From the NCBI GenBank assembly GCA_039030515.1, contig JBCCEA010000002.1, positions 128,001-192,000 of the forward strand: 64,000 nucleotides of DNA. The letters run 5' to 3'. The DNA is from Myxococcota bacterium (lineage in GTDB: Bacteria > Myxococcota_A > Polyangia > Polyangiales > Houyiibacteriaceae). A program made the position numbers and the translations under genes. Positions within the stretch are counted from its first letter, which is position 1. Each line of letters starts with the position of its first letter. The notes beneath the pieces are model-generated. The model did not search any database, had not been told where the DNA came from, and saw only the letters and a list, made by a program, of their open reading frames with translations. This document shows, piece after piece, positions 1 to 9,762 of the stretch.

Positions 1-538
1 TATTGACGCGTCCGTCAGAAGTATAGGTGCCGGTGCGTGAGTGACACGCGTTGTACAAGGTCAGGTTCGTATTGAGTGCAAGTTGACGCCCGTACAGGTT
101 TGCCAGATTTGCAGGATTGTAAAACAGGGCCATCGCATCATCGGCACGAGCCGCGAAAGCGCCTCCTCTGCCCAACGCACGTGTGCCCGCTGCACTGTGC
201 TCATAGCCACCCGCAAAAACCGGTGTCGGTGAACTTACCGATATGACGGTCACCAGGACGAGAAAAAACAAAGACTGGGTCGCTACAACTTGACGCATCC
301 TAAATATCCACTCCGACCGAACAAAGGGGGAGAGTTTAGCGGAATGGCTGTTATGCGCTTGGATAAACAGAACTCTTTCTGTGAGCACAGACATACCGCA
401 CGGGAATGCCAAACAACGCAATGCGTTATGACGCGCAGCGCAGTGCGTTGTTTGGCATTCTGCTATCTGAAGAGAGGGCACATCAAGAGAAAACGAGCCG
501 AGCAACTTTGGCGCGGTTAGGCATCTAGTTACAGTGCA

Positions 539-1900
539 CTAGCCAGATATAAACGCTTCTTCTCCGTAGTCTTCAGCTAGGTTGTCAAAGCGTGTGTGCT
601 CTCCTGAAAATCGGCACTTACAAATGCCCGTTGGGCCCGCTCTTTGTTTGCCAATGATGATTTCAGCAAGACCCTGAACGCTCGGATCATCTTTGTTATA
701 AACTTCTTCGCGATAGACAAAGAGAATCACATCGGCATCTTGCTCGATAGCTCCAGACTCACGAAGATCTGAAATCTGAGGTCGTCTATCACCACCCCGA
801 GACTCAACACTTCGATTGAGCTGCGAAAGCGCGACGACCGGTAGCCTAAGCTCTTTTGATAACCCCTTGAGTGACCGGCTAATCTCACTGATTTCTTGCT
901 CACGACTGTCGTGTCTTCCGCCAGAGCGCATGAGCTGTAGATAATCGATGATGACTAAAGCCAAACCCTGCTCCGAATTGAGCCTTCTGCATTTGGCTCT
1001 TACTTCCATCAAACTCAGACCAGGCGTATCGTCGACCCATATGGGCAGTTCGCTCAAAACGCCGGCTGCATTCGCTAGCTTGGGCCAATCATCTCTTCCG
1101 ATCTGACCTGTTCGCATCCGCGTTCCAGCAACGCGTGCTTCGCTAGCTAACATACGACGAACCAATTCTTCCTTGCTCATCTCAAGGGAAAAAATCGCGA
1201 CCGTCTTCCTGCGAGCAGAGGACGCATTGACCGCAAGGTTCAATGCAAATGCAGTCTTCCCCATACCGGGTCGACCTGCGATGACCATCAGTTCGCCTGG
1301 GTGAAGCCCGGCGGTCTTTTTGTCCAAGATCTGGAACCCCGTCGGCAGCCCGGTGATGTCATCCCCCCGCTCGGCAGCCTCATTGATGTTGCGGAACGTT
1401 TGTAGGATCACATCTTTGATGTGTTCGTAAGGATGTCGCAGGCGTTCCTTTGCTACGCTGAACACCGCTCGCTCCGCCATGTCGAGAAACTCCTCGACAT
1501 CTCCATACTCGGTGTAGCCTTTGGCAGTCACTTCATGACATGCAGTGAGCAAATTTCGAACGACGGACTTCTCGTGAACGATCCGCGCATGAGCTTCGAT
1601 ATTGCCCACAGTGGGTATTGTTTCGGTCAGAGCAAGTAGATGATCATCTCCGCCGATCGCCTGGAGCTTGCCGCGACCGACGAGCTCTTCACGAAGTGTC
1701 ACCGTATCGACGGGCTGACCTCTCTTGAAGAGACCACACATGCAGTCGAAAACAACCGCATTCGCTTCTGCATAAAACTCCTCCGGCGTGAGTTCTTGCA
1801 TCACGACATTCAGTGCTTCGTTCTCTAAGAGAATGCCGCCAAGAACAGCGCGCTCTGCATCCAGGGAATGCGGCGGTATGCGCCCCTTTATCTCCGTCAA
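539..1900 (-). CDS. dnaB: Replicative DNA helicase
   Basis: N-terminal PPHSLDAERAVLG, Walker A AGRPGMGKT, IIDYLQL, LSQLNR, DLRESGAIEQDAD; follows rplI. Confidence 0.97.
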   Translation of the reverse strand: MTEIKGRIPPHSLDAERAVLGGILLENEALNVVMQELTPEEFYAEANAVVFDCMCGLFKRGQPVDTVTLREELVGRGKLQAIGGDDHLLALTETIPTVGNIEAHARIVHEKSVVRNLLTACHEVTAKGYTEYGDVEEFLDMAERAVFSVAKERLRHPYEHIKDVILQTFRNINEAAERGDDITGLPTGFQILDKKTAGLHPGELMVIAGRPGMGKTAFALNLAVNASSARRKTVAIFSLEMSKEELVRRMLASEARVAGTRMRTGQIGRDDWPKLANAAGVLSELPIWVDDTPGLSLMEVRAKCRRLNSEQGLALVIIDYLQLMRSGGRHDSREQEISEISRSLKGLSKELRLPVVALSQLNRSVESRGGDRRPQISDLRESGAIEQDADVILFVYREEVYNKDDPSVQGLAEIIIGKQRAGPTGICKCRFSGEHTRFDNLAEDYGEEAFISG

Positions 1901-2042
1901 AGTTCGGGCCTCCTACACGTGCTTTGGCGGCGGTCAAACGGAGTCTGTGCGGCACCTTAGACGATGAGACACTACAACGAGGACTGCCTCGAAATCCTGG
2001 AGTTCGCGAACGGCAGTGTACCTAATGGCGTCAGCTAATCGG

Positions 2043-2513
2043 TCACGCGTCTGGGGCAGCACTCACCACAAGGGTACATGTGGCATGTATCCCGCCGGTA
2101 AGCTTCATCGCGATGGAATATTCACCGGCGCTTTTGATCGCTTCCGAGGGCATCTCGATCTTGCGCCGATCCACCTCATACCCCTTGGATTTGAGCAGGT
2201 CTGCTACTTCCTGGGCGGTTACCGACCCGTAGAGTTTCCCCTCTGCTCCGGCTCGCTTCTCGATCTGCAGAGAGAGTTTCGCTAACGCCGCGGCCACCTC
2301 CGAAGCCTCGTGGCGTAGTTTCTGAGCTCGAGCCTTTGCATTGCGCTTCTCATGCTCGAGTTGCTTGACGCTTCCGCTGGTCGCGATGGCAACCAAACCA
2401 CGAGGAAGAAGGTAATTCCTAAAGTAGCCGGGGCGAACTCGAACTACATCGCCAACCGTACCTAGGTTATCGACATCCTCTTTGAGGATGACATCTACAC
2501 TTGCTCGTCCCAT
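2043..2513 (-). CDS. rplI: 50S ribosomal protein L9
   Basis: VILKEDVDNLG..GDVVRVRPGYFRNYLLPRG, GKLYGSVT. Confidence 0.97.
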   Translation of the reverse strand: MGRASVDVILKEDVDNLGTVGDVVRVRPGYFRNYLLPRGLVAIATSGSVKQLEHEKRNAKARAQKLRHEASEVAAALAKLSLQIEKRAGAEGKLYGSVTAQEVADLLKSKGYEVDRRKIEMPSEAIKSAGEYSIAMKLTGGIHATCTLVVSAAPDA

Positions 2514-2533
2514 CTCTTATCTCCGCGTAATCG

Positions 2534-3007
2534 CTACTTCACCGCAGTAAACGGAAGGAGTGCAATCATTCGAGCTCTCTTGACTGCTACAGTGAGTTTT
2601 CTCTGCTGACTGGCGGTTAGGCCGGTAATTCTGCGCGGAACAATTTTTCCACGATCTGTGAGAAAAAACCGAAGTCTCTGAGGGTCTTTGTAGTCGAAGA
2701 GAAACTCATCATCCATGGCGAAGGACGGAGGCCGCTTTCGGTTTGCGCGTCGGCGTCGGATACCTAGAGGGTCCGTATCTGCGCGTCCCTCACGGATCAC
2801 GGTACCTTTGGGTGAATCTCCTCGGTCATCGTCGTGCATTTCGTCATCTGCACGTGCCTCGCGAATAACGGTTCCCCGAGGGACCGCTCTTTGCTCTCCG
2901 GTTCGTTGTTCGCTTGGCCGTGCGGCGACTTCAGCTGGAGCATCCACACGGGACGCAGTGGAAGTGGTGTCTCGTTCTTGATCATGCATTTCGTTGGACA
3001 TGTTCAC
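2534..3007 (-). CDS. rpsR: 30S ribosomal protein S18 with long N-terminal extension, Cys-less
   Basis: C-terminal [37 protein letters not shown]; start overlaps rpsF stop. Confidence 0.93.
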   Translation of the reverse strand: MNMSNEMHDQERDTTSTASRVDAPAEVAARPSEQRTGEQRAVPRGTVIREARADDEMHDDDRGDSPKGTVIREGRADTDPLGIRRRRANRKRPPSFAMDDEFLFDYKDPQRLRFFLTDRGKIVPRRITGLTASQQRKLTVAVKRARMIALLPFTAVK

Positions 3008-3648
3008 TCCGTCGCCGGCAGCTCATCTGCATCGGGCTTCTCTTCGCTAGAACCGGCGCTGTTCCCAGAGCCGCCCTCTTCACCGGTCGATCCGCTCGTG
3101 TCCTCGGCCTTCGCGGGTTCTTCTTCGACCACTGCCGCATCGGCTTCGACCACTGCCGCATCAGCCTCTTTTTCTTGTTCGGTCTCTGCTTCGTTTGAGC
3201 GGGCCGACGCAGTCGTACCGAAGAGCTGTTCTACAGTTGAATCTTCTTCTTCCTCTTCCACGTGCTCGATCGGCAGGAACTTTACCTCCTCGGGATCGAC
3301 TTCGATCTCTTTTGGATCGGTTGTGTAATCACGAAGCCGTACGGTTTGATGACGAATGACGTCGTCAAGCATTCGTAAGTTCCGCTCCAGCTCAGCCACT
3401 AGGTCAGAGAAACCGACATAGCGAGTGTAAATAAACACTCCACGGGTGTGCTTCTGAATGCTGTACGACAGGCGTCTTCGACCCCAGTTGTCCACTCGGG
3501 TCATCTTACCGCCGCCTCGATCGATGACTTCGCGGATTCGAGTAGCTACTTTTTCCGCATCATCTGGTTCGACGTTTGGTCGAAGGATGTAAATCGTTTC
3601 GTATTCGCGTGCCCACCGGCTTGGTGAGTTTGTCATTTGCTGAACCAC
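3004..3648 (-). CDS. rpsF: 30S ribosomal protein S6 with long acidic C-terminal tail
   Basis: [34 protein letters not shown]; start at GTG 3648 (GGAGG upstream) or ATG 3636 rather than ORF start 3750. Confidence 0.93.
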   Translation of the reverse strand: MVQQMTNSPSRWAREYETIYILRPNVEPDDAEKVATRIREVIDRGGGKMTRVDNWGRRRLSYSIQKHTRGVFIYTRYVGFSDLVAELERNLRMLDDVIRHQTVRLRDYTTDPKEIEVDPEEVKFLPIEHVEEEEEDSTVEQLFGTTASARSNEAETEQEKEADAAVVEADAAVVEEEPAKAEDTSGSTGEEGGSGNSAGSSEEKPDADELPATE

Positions 3649-3821
3649 AGGTCCTCCCGAACGAAGCCCCAACGATATTCGGAGCGAGGAAGCCCGAGGG
3701 CTAGCGCAATATCGGCAACGGATCCAGCGGATTCCGAACCGCGGCCTCAAATGAAGGGGTCGAGGATCTCACAGGGTTCGGGCGCCGAAACGTCTCGCTC
3801 GGCACACAGCGACGGCCCCAG

Positions 3822-4388
3822 CTAGCTCTTGCCGTGGTGACGATTCATGGCTGCAGACATTCCCTCTTTGGCGACAGTCTCAAAAACCGCCGCAACCTTC
3901 GTCAGTATCTCGGGGAGCTCTGCCCGTTCGAGCGCTGAAAAATCCGACAGCAACCAGTCTCTCGGCCGCCTCGCACCGACGGGTCTCCCGACACCCACCC
4001 GGAGCCGATGAAATGCTCCGCTATCGAGATGGCTTCCAATGGACTTCAAACCGTTATGCCCTGCAAAACCTCCGCCGGTTTTGAGACGCAGTTCACCGAA
4101 GGGTAAGTCCAGCTCATCGTGAACAACGAGCACTCGATCCACCCTGAGCTTGAAGAAGCGTGACGCTGCCTGAACTGACTCTCCACTGAGGTTCATGAAG
4201 GTCATCGGCTTGAGAAGCGCGAAATCTCCCAAAGACTCGGAACTGACCTTGGCAAACAGCCCGCGAAATTTATCGCGAAACACGACTTGATGTTTCTCTG
4301 CGAGCCCGTCGAGAGCTTGGAATCCGATATTGTGTCGGTTCCGTACGTATTGCTCGCCGGGGTTACCTAATCCTACTACCAGGAGCAT
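3822..4388 (-). CDS. pth: Peptidyl-tRNA hydrolase
   Basis: LVVGLGNPG, RHNIGF, KPMTFMNLSG, HDELDL, GHNGLKSI. Confidence 0.97.
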   Translation of the reverse strand: MLLVVGLGNPGEQYVRNRHNIGFQALDGLAEKHQVVFRDKFRGLFAKVSSESLGDFALLKPMTFMNLSGESVQAASRFFKLRVDRVLVVHDELDLPFGELRLKTGGGFAGHNGLKSIGSHLDSGAFHRLRVGVGRPVGARRPRDWLLSDFSALERAELPEILTKVAAVFETVAKEGMSAAMNRHHGKS

Positions 4389-4499
4389 GCGTCAGAAGTC
4401 CTCAATCGTCTAAGTGCGCACTCCGAAACCCAAAGTGAAACCTGGAGAGTTCAAGGCCACACTTTAGAGCCTCAGATCAGGCTGTCTGCCAGGTGCGCC

Positions 4500-5105
4500 C
4501 TAACTTTTGGCTTCTTCACCCTCGGATGCCTTGCGTGCCTCCGCAGTTGCCCGCCGATCCTCTGTAACGAGTACGATGCGAAGCTCGGATTTCATTTCCA
4601 GGGAAACTCCATCCGGTAGAGATACTTCTCCAGCTTCAACCATCTCACCGATTTTTAGCGAGGTCACATCGATGGTGAGCGATGCGGGGATATCGCTTGG
4701 CTTTGCCCTAACCCGCATGGAGCGAATCGGGACATTAAGCTTTCCACCCATTTGGACACCCAAGGCGCGACCATGGGTACGAACTGGAACCTCCACAACC
4801 ATCTCCTGATCGATCTCCACTCGTAGGAAGTCTACGTGAACTGGAGCTTGCGTCACCGGATGCACGTCGAGGTCCTTGACGATCGCAAATTCCTGTCGAG
4901 TATCCAGTTTGAGCTGAATGACCGCGTTTCTACGGTACTCAGTCGACAAGATGCGAACGACATCCTCCGGAGTCACAGTGAGCGCTGTGGACTCGATCCC
5001 CGGGCCATAGAGAACGCCGGGCATTTGACCATTGGCTCGAAGCTTACGGGATGAGCCCTTGCCACGCGACGTGCGTACTGTGGCCGAAAGCGATTGCATT
5101 TCCAT
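4500..5105 (-). CDS. rplY: 50S ribosomal protein L25/Ctc
   Basis: GKGSSRKLR..G.MPGVLYG, HPVT..PVHVDF; prs-rplY-pth context. Confidence 0.95.
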   Translation of the reverse strand: MEMQSLSATVRTSRGKGSSRKLRANGQMPGVLYGPGIESTALTVTPEDVVRILSTEYRRNAVIQLKLDTRQEFAIVKDLDVHPVTQAPVHVDFLRVEIDQEMVVEVPVRTHGRALGVQMGGKLNVPIRSMRVRAKPSDIPASLTIDVTSLKIGEMVEAGEVSLPDGVSLEMKSELRIVLVTEDRRATAEARKASEGEEAKS

Positions 5106-5158
5106 TTCTAATACTCCTAATTATCGGCCGCGACCGCCTCTGTTCCTACGCGAGGGCA

Positions 5159-6103
5159 TCATACGAAAAGCGAACTTACCGAATCACCGTGATGGATGCG
5201 CTTGATGGTCTCTCCTAGGAGGCGCGCCACGGAAAGCACCCGAAACTTTCCTACGTGTTTTGTTTCCTCTCGCAGCGGAATCGTATCGGTCACGATGACT
5301 TCCTCGATCGGAGAGTCGACGAGTCTCTGCAGAGCTGGACCTGAGAGCACGGCGTGAGTCGCAGCCGCCATCACTCTTCTAGCGTTTCGGTCTAACAAAG
5401 CTTGAGCCGCGTTACATATTGTACCCGCGGTGTCGATCATGTCGTCGAGGAGCACGCAGTCTTTTCCTTCGACATCGCCAATGATGTGCATGACCTCGCT
5501 GACGTTGGCCGCAGAACGGCGCTTGTCGATGATCGCAAGGTCTGCGCTCATCCGTTTTGCATAAGCCCGGGTGCGTTCTACCCCTCCGGCGTCAGGAGAC
5601 ACGAACACTGGCGGCTCTGAAGGAAACTTCGTTCGCAAATACTCAAGAAAAACCGGCATGGCGTAGATGTGGTCAAAGGGCACGTCGAAAAAACCTTGGA
5701 TCTGACCCGCATGCAAATCCATGCCGACGACGCGACTGACGCCCGATCTTGAGAGCAAGTCCGCGACCAGTTTCGCGGTAATGGGTGTACGCGGAGCAAC
5801 TTTGCGATCCTGTCTTGCGTATCCGTAGTAAGGAAGCATCGCGGTGATCGAGGCAGCTGAGGCACGCTTGAGCGCGTCCGTAATCACCAGAAGCTCCATG
5901 AGATTGTCGTTCACTGGAGCGCAGGTGGGCTGGACGACGTATACGTCGACGCCGCGGACATTTTGCTGAACCTCAGCGAACACCTCACCGTCTGAAAAGC
6001 GAGAGACGCGACACCGACCTACCGGAATTTTTAGGTAGTCGGCGATATTCTCTGCGAGTGTGATGTTCGAGTTGCCAGAGAAGATACTTATGGACTTGGA
6101 CAT
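5159..6103 (-). CDS. prs: Ribose-phosphate pyrophosphokinase
   Basis: FSDGE, PYYGYARQDRK, DLHAGQIQGFF, VSPDAGG, DDMIDTAGT; start at ATG 6103 (MSKSI). Confidence 0.96.
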   Translation of the reverse strand: MSKSISIFSGNSNITLAENIADYLKIPVGRCRVSRFSDGEVFAEVQQNVRGVDVYVVQPTCAPVNDNLMELLVITDALKRASAASITAMLPYYGYARQDRKVAPRTPITAKLVADLLSRSGVSRVVGMDLHAGQIQGFFDVPFDHIYAMPVFLEYLRTKFPSEPPVFVSPDAGGVERTRAYAKRMSADLAIIDKRRSAANVSEVMHIIGDVEGKDCVLLDDMIDTAGTICNAAQALLDRNARRVMAAATHAVLSGPALQRLVDSPIEEVIVTDTIPLREETKHVGKFRVLSVARLLGETIKRIHHGDSVSSLFV

Positions 6104-6415
6104 GGGGTCGGTCGCAGCCGTGCCGTAAAGAGGGCATCGGGTAGCACTGCACCTAGTGGATGTCAAAGATGGCGCCAATACTGCACATCACGCATCCACT
6201 GAAAACGACACGACCGTCGCTGAAGATGCCCGGTGCGATGCAGCAATCGAGGTGCGGCGCGGCTCGTGCCGACTTTTTTTTTTGACGAAAACTCCAGAGT
6301 TCAAAGGCCTTCTGCCGGAAAGCTTTTTGGATCCAGGCAAGGATCCACAGACGAATCCTTGAGAGGCACACGCCAGCTGTTATAAGACCGTCCCTCGGAC
6401 GTCGGGAGGGAACCC

Positions 6416-7255
6416 TTGATGTCGGCTCTCATTAGTTTGATCACCGATCGCGTCAGTTTCGAATCGCTCTGGCGTGAGGCATTAGAACAACATGGCTTCG
6501 GGATTCAATCGAGCAAACCGGACCATCTGATATCCGCTGCGCGAGAAGGAGCGTTTCTCGTCGTTGACGCGGATTGCCACGCCTTTGACGAAAACGAGCT
6601 ACTGCTGTCTGTCGGATTTGCGCGGGCGGTGGGAGCCGTTCCAGTGGCGTCGATGGCGAGCACCCAGCGCATGCGGTCGGTAGACGACGTCATCGATGAA
6701 TTGTGCTTTGGGCTGGTAGCTCGGGGAGAGGCAGACGTTCCACGAATTGCTGCGGCGCTCGCGCGAAGGGCAAATGCGGTGCGCTCCGAGCGCTTCGAAT
6801 TCGTTACCGTTTCTCCGCGGGAGCGTGAACTCCTCGTCATCATGGGCGATGGACGTTCGGTATTGGTACCGCGTCCGATCGGCACCGAGGATAGCGGTGC
6901 AGAGATCGCCCAGATTTCGCTTGCAGACGATGCATACACGGCAACTTTGGAGCTGAGCGACGGCGCCACTCTGGAACTCAAAGCAGCTGAAATCGAGGGT
7001 CCTCAGCGTTCGCCAACTCGATCTGCCGATGCCGCGCCGCCAACACCGATCAACGGTGCAAAACTCGGCGCACGACTTCGAGAGTTACGTCTCAAGGCTC
7101 AGTTGACTCAGGCCGAACTCGCAAGAAGAACGGGAATCCACCGTCCGAACATCGCTCGAGTCGAAGCCGGTAGACATACTCCTTCACTGGAAACGCTATC
7201 GCGTTTGGCTACTGCGATCGGAGTTTCCACAACTCTTGTTTTGTCGGAGGACTGA
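6416..7255 (+). CDS. XRE-family HTH regulator (C-terminal HTH) with uncharacterised N-terminal domains
   Basis: C-terminal LGARLRELR...LTQAELARRTGIHRPNIARVEAGRHTPSLETLSRLA. Confidence 0.8.
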   Translation: MMSALISLITDRVSFESLWREALEQHGFGIQSSKPDHLISAAREGAFLVVDADCHAFDENELLLSVGFARAVGAVPVASMASTQRMRSVDDVIDELCFGLVARGEADVPRIAAALARRANAVRSERFEFVTVSPRERELLVIMGDGRSVLVPRPIGTEDSGAEIAQISLADDAYTATLELSDGATLELKAAEIEGPQRSPTRSADAAPPTPINGAKLGARLRELRLKAQLTQAELARRTGIHRPNIARVEAGRHTPSLETLSRLATAIGVSTTLVLSED

Positions 7256-7285
7256 ATCTCTAGCTCTTGGTTCTGTGGGTCGGCA

Positions 7286-7864
7286 ATGGGAAAGACAGGT
7301 AAGTCCAAGGCTCTATTCTCGGCAACCGAGGTAGCTCGTTTCTGCGAGGTAGACATAAAAACCATTCACAACTGGGCAGAACAAGGAGAGATTCCCCACT
7401 TTCGAACCCCTGGACGTCATCTTCGATTTCACCGAAATGATGTTTTGGAATTTCTTCAGAGGTACGGCTATCCGATGCCCACCGTACTTCACTCAGGAAA
7501 ACCTAAAGTAATCTCGATAGACCCGATCGCTCTTCCACACACGAGCATGGCAAATATCCTGGACGGTTTTGATACGACCGAATACGTCGACGCTATCGAC
7601 GCACTGATCGATATGGGAAACGATCCTCCAGACGCGGCGGTGGTAAGTGACGAGCTCACGGGCGTAGACTGCATACACTTCATCAAGCAGCTCAAAGGCC
7701 ATAAAATTACACGTCGTGTGCGCGTCGTTGTCTACTACAGCAAAGCTAGGATGTACCGAAAGAAAGACGCATTGGCAGCCGGAGCATCAGCGCGGGTAAT
7801 GCAAGGCGAGACAGAGGAACTGCGCCAAACACTTGAAGCGCTGACGAAACTGAAACCAGCTTAG
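7286..7864 (+). CDS. Excisionase-like/MerR-type HTH fused to a degenerate receiver domain
   Basis: FSATEVARFCEVDIKTIHNW...G.IPHFRTPGRHLRF; C-terminal REC-like PPDAAVVS...ALAAGA. Confidence 0.75.
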   Translation: MGKTGKSKALFSATEVARFCEVDIKTIHNWAEQGEIPHFRTPGRHLRFHRNDVLEFLQRYGYPMPTVLHSGKPKVISIDPIALPHTSMANILDGFDTTEYVDAIDALIDMGNDPPDAAVVSDELTGVDCIHFIKQLKGHKITRRVRVVVYYSKARMYRKKDALAAGASARVMQGETEELRQTLEALTKLKPA

Positions 7865-7878
7865 GCCCTAAACGCGGA

Positions 7879-7948
7879 GCCCTCGACGACTGGCCTCCGA
7901 CGACTGGCCCTCGACGACTGGCCTCCAACGATCAGCCTCCAACGATTT
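7879..7948. repeat. Five 14-bp tandem units (gccctcgacgactg / gcctccaacgatca type)
   Basis: Units start at 7879, 7893, 7907, 7921, 7935; the last two overlap the SDR gene 3' end. Confidence 0.85.
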
Positions 7949-8735
7949 CACCGCCGTCGATGTACAAGGTATTTCCGGTAAGCCAGTGCGTGCAGGGTTG
8001 TGCTAGGGCCAGCAGCGAATCGGCAACGTCCGCCGGTGTCGTCAGTCGATCGTGGGGGTTTTTGCGTAACGCTGTGGCGACCATGGCCTCTGCATCCGGA
8101 ATTTTTCGCAACGCAGGCGTGTCCGTGACCCCAGCGCAAATCGCATTGACCGTGATACTATTGGGCGCAAGCTCGACCGCCAATTGTCGGACGTGAGCCT
8201 CAAGAGCTGACTTGGCTGCCGAAACCGCTCCATAGCCACTCCAAACGCTGGTGCTCCCCGCAGAGGTCATCGCGTAAATGCGCCCATGGTGGGCAAACAA
8301 GTCGCGCCGATTCATATCCTGCGTCCAGTAAACCAGAGAGTTTGCCATCACATCCAGGGTCATATCGAGCTGGCGTTTCGTCAGCAGCGAGGCTCCTTCG
8401 GTGTCCGACCAGAGAGGCAATAGGGTGCCGAAGGCAAGTGAGTGCAAAAGAACGCGAACACTCTTGGGGCCCAACTGCTCTGCAACCGCGTCCAAAGTGG
8501 CCTGCCTCTTGGCCTCGTCAGCTGCATTGATGTTAAAAAACAGAGCGCTACGACCACGCCTCTCAATCTCAGATCGAACACGCTCCACATTCGGCATGGT
8601 GGAGCGACGGTCGAGATGAACGCCAATAATGTCCATCCCCGCAGATGCGAACGACAGACTGGCCGCCTCTCCAAAACCGCTACTCGCCCCGAGAACGAGC
8701 GCCCATCCCTCTAGCGAGTTGGCTGTGTGATCCAT
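7932..8735 (-). CDS. SDR oxidoreductase, enoyl-ACP reductase-like (FabI/FabL type)
   Basis: LVLGASSGFG Rossmann motif; YxxxxxxK (YGAVSAAK); VNAICAGVTDTPAL; TG..LYIDGG. Confidence 0.85.
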   Translation of the reverse strand: MDHTANSLEGWALVLGASSGFGEAASLSFASAGMDIIGVHLDRRSTMPNVERVRSEIERRGRSALFFNINAADEAKRQATLDAVAEQLGPKSVRVLLHSLAFGTLLPLWSDTEGASLLTKRQLDMTLDVMANSLVYWTQDMNRRDLFAHHGRIYAMTSAGSTSVWSGYGAVSAAKSALEAHVRQLAVELAPNSITVNAICAGVTDTPALRKIPDAEAMVATALRKNPHDRLTTPADVADSLLALAQPCTHWLTGNTLYIDGGEIVGG

Positions 8736-9762
8736 GGCAGAGCGAGGCTACCCGGGGAGGACCTGCGGTCAAGTAGAGAGGCAAGAAGTTGGGAGAAAGA
8801 AAGCGGTTGAGGCTAATCTCATCTGTCTCGCACCGGAAACCAGAGCCACATCGCCTTCGATGCATTCTCGCAATTTGAGTAAGAGTCCACATGTGATGGC
8901 AGCGCTCGCGTCTTCAATACTGCTGCTTGGAGGCCTTTTCTCTGGACTCATGCACTCGGAGATCCAGGAGGCAGAGGTGCCAGAGGTAGCCATTCCAACA
9001 CACCCTGCTTCCCCCCGTTCGATGGGCCTCCCGACAGCGCAGCGGCACCATTCATCGAGCTGTCGCGCACCTGACGTAGCGATTCCCCAGAGCAAAGGTT
9101 GCCGCATCGGACTTCTCTATCCTTCCTGTCGATTTCGCATGCCAGACCCAGAAGCCGCAGGATATCTCTACGATCGATGGAAAAGGACCACCCTGGACCA
9201 TTGGTGGGGTAGTCCCGGACTGGTCACCCTAATCCTCGCTGTGAGTGCGAAATACCAACAGGAGTACCCTGGTGAATCTCTAGTGGTGGGAGATCTAGAC
9301 GCCCCTGGACCACGTCACAGCACACATCGAAAAGGGCAGGACGTCGACCTCTACCTACCGGGCATGATGCGCACCGAAAACGTCAGGAGGTACGTGCGCC
9401 CCAGCAACTACGAGGGTCAACGAAGCTGGCAAGTGGCGGCAAAGCGGGCTCGGGTGGTGGAACTCGCAAAGAATCTTGCGATCTGTACGGATGGGCGCAT
9501 ACGGATTTACTACAACGACGAACCTGTCGAGCGACGCTTTTTGAAGTGGTTCACGATGCGCGGATACAAATCACCTTTCGGCAAACCTATGCGTCGTCAC
9601 AACTACCTGCATCGATTTCATTTTCACGTTTCGGTTCCCGAAAACATGTCGCCGCTGCCCTTTAACCCTCCGTCCTTCGCAGGGAATACAGATCTTGCAG
9701 CGGACACGCATGAAGCGCATGCGCTGGACACAAGCCAAGGCGGGCGAACTGCCGGTCGCTAA
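8734..9762 (+). CDS. Penicillin-insensitive murein endopeptidase (MepA-like); start uncertain
   Basis: WG...LV..I, VGDL, HSTHRKGQDVD, HRFHFHV; hydrophobic segment near N-terminus. Confidence 0.7.
   Translation: MAERGYPGRTCGQVERQEVGRKKAVEANLICLAPETRATSPSMHSRNLSKSPHVMAALASSILLLGGLFSGLMHSEIQEAEVPEVAIPTHPASPRSMGLPTAQRHHSSSCRAPDVAIPQSKGCRIGLLYPSCRFRMPDPEAAGYLYDRWKRTTLDHWWGSPGLVTLILAVSAKYQQEYPGESLVVGDLDAPGPRHSTHRKGQDVDLYLPGMMRTENVRRYVRPSNYEGQRSWQVAAKRARVVELAKNLAICTDGRIRIYYNDEPVERRFLKWFTMRGYKSPFGKPMRRHNYLHRFHFHVSVPENMSPLPFNPPSFAGNTDLAADTHEAHALDTSQGGRTAGR

Noticed and set aside
1..538. oriC or small genes downstream of dnaB
   Set aside because: Only poor DnaA-box-like matches and no clear AT-rich unwinding element; the short ORFs lack recognisable features; four TGACGC hexamers are not enough to call a site
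6104..6415. tRNA-Gln often found upstream of prs
   Set aside because: No cloverleaf or T-loop GTTCGA signature found
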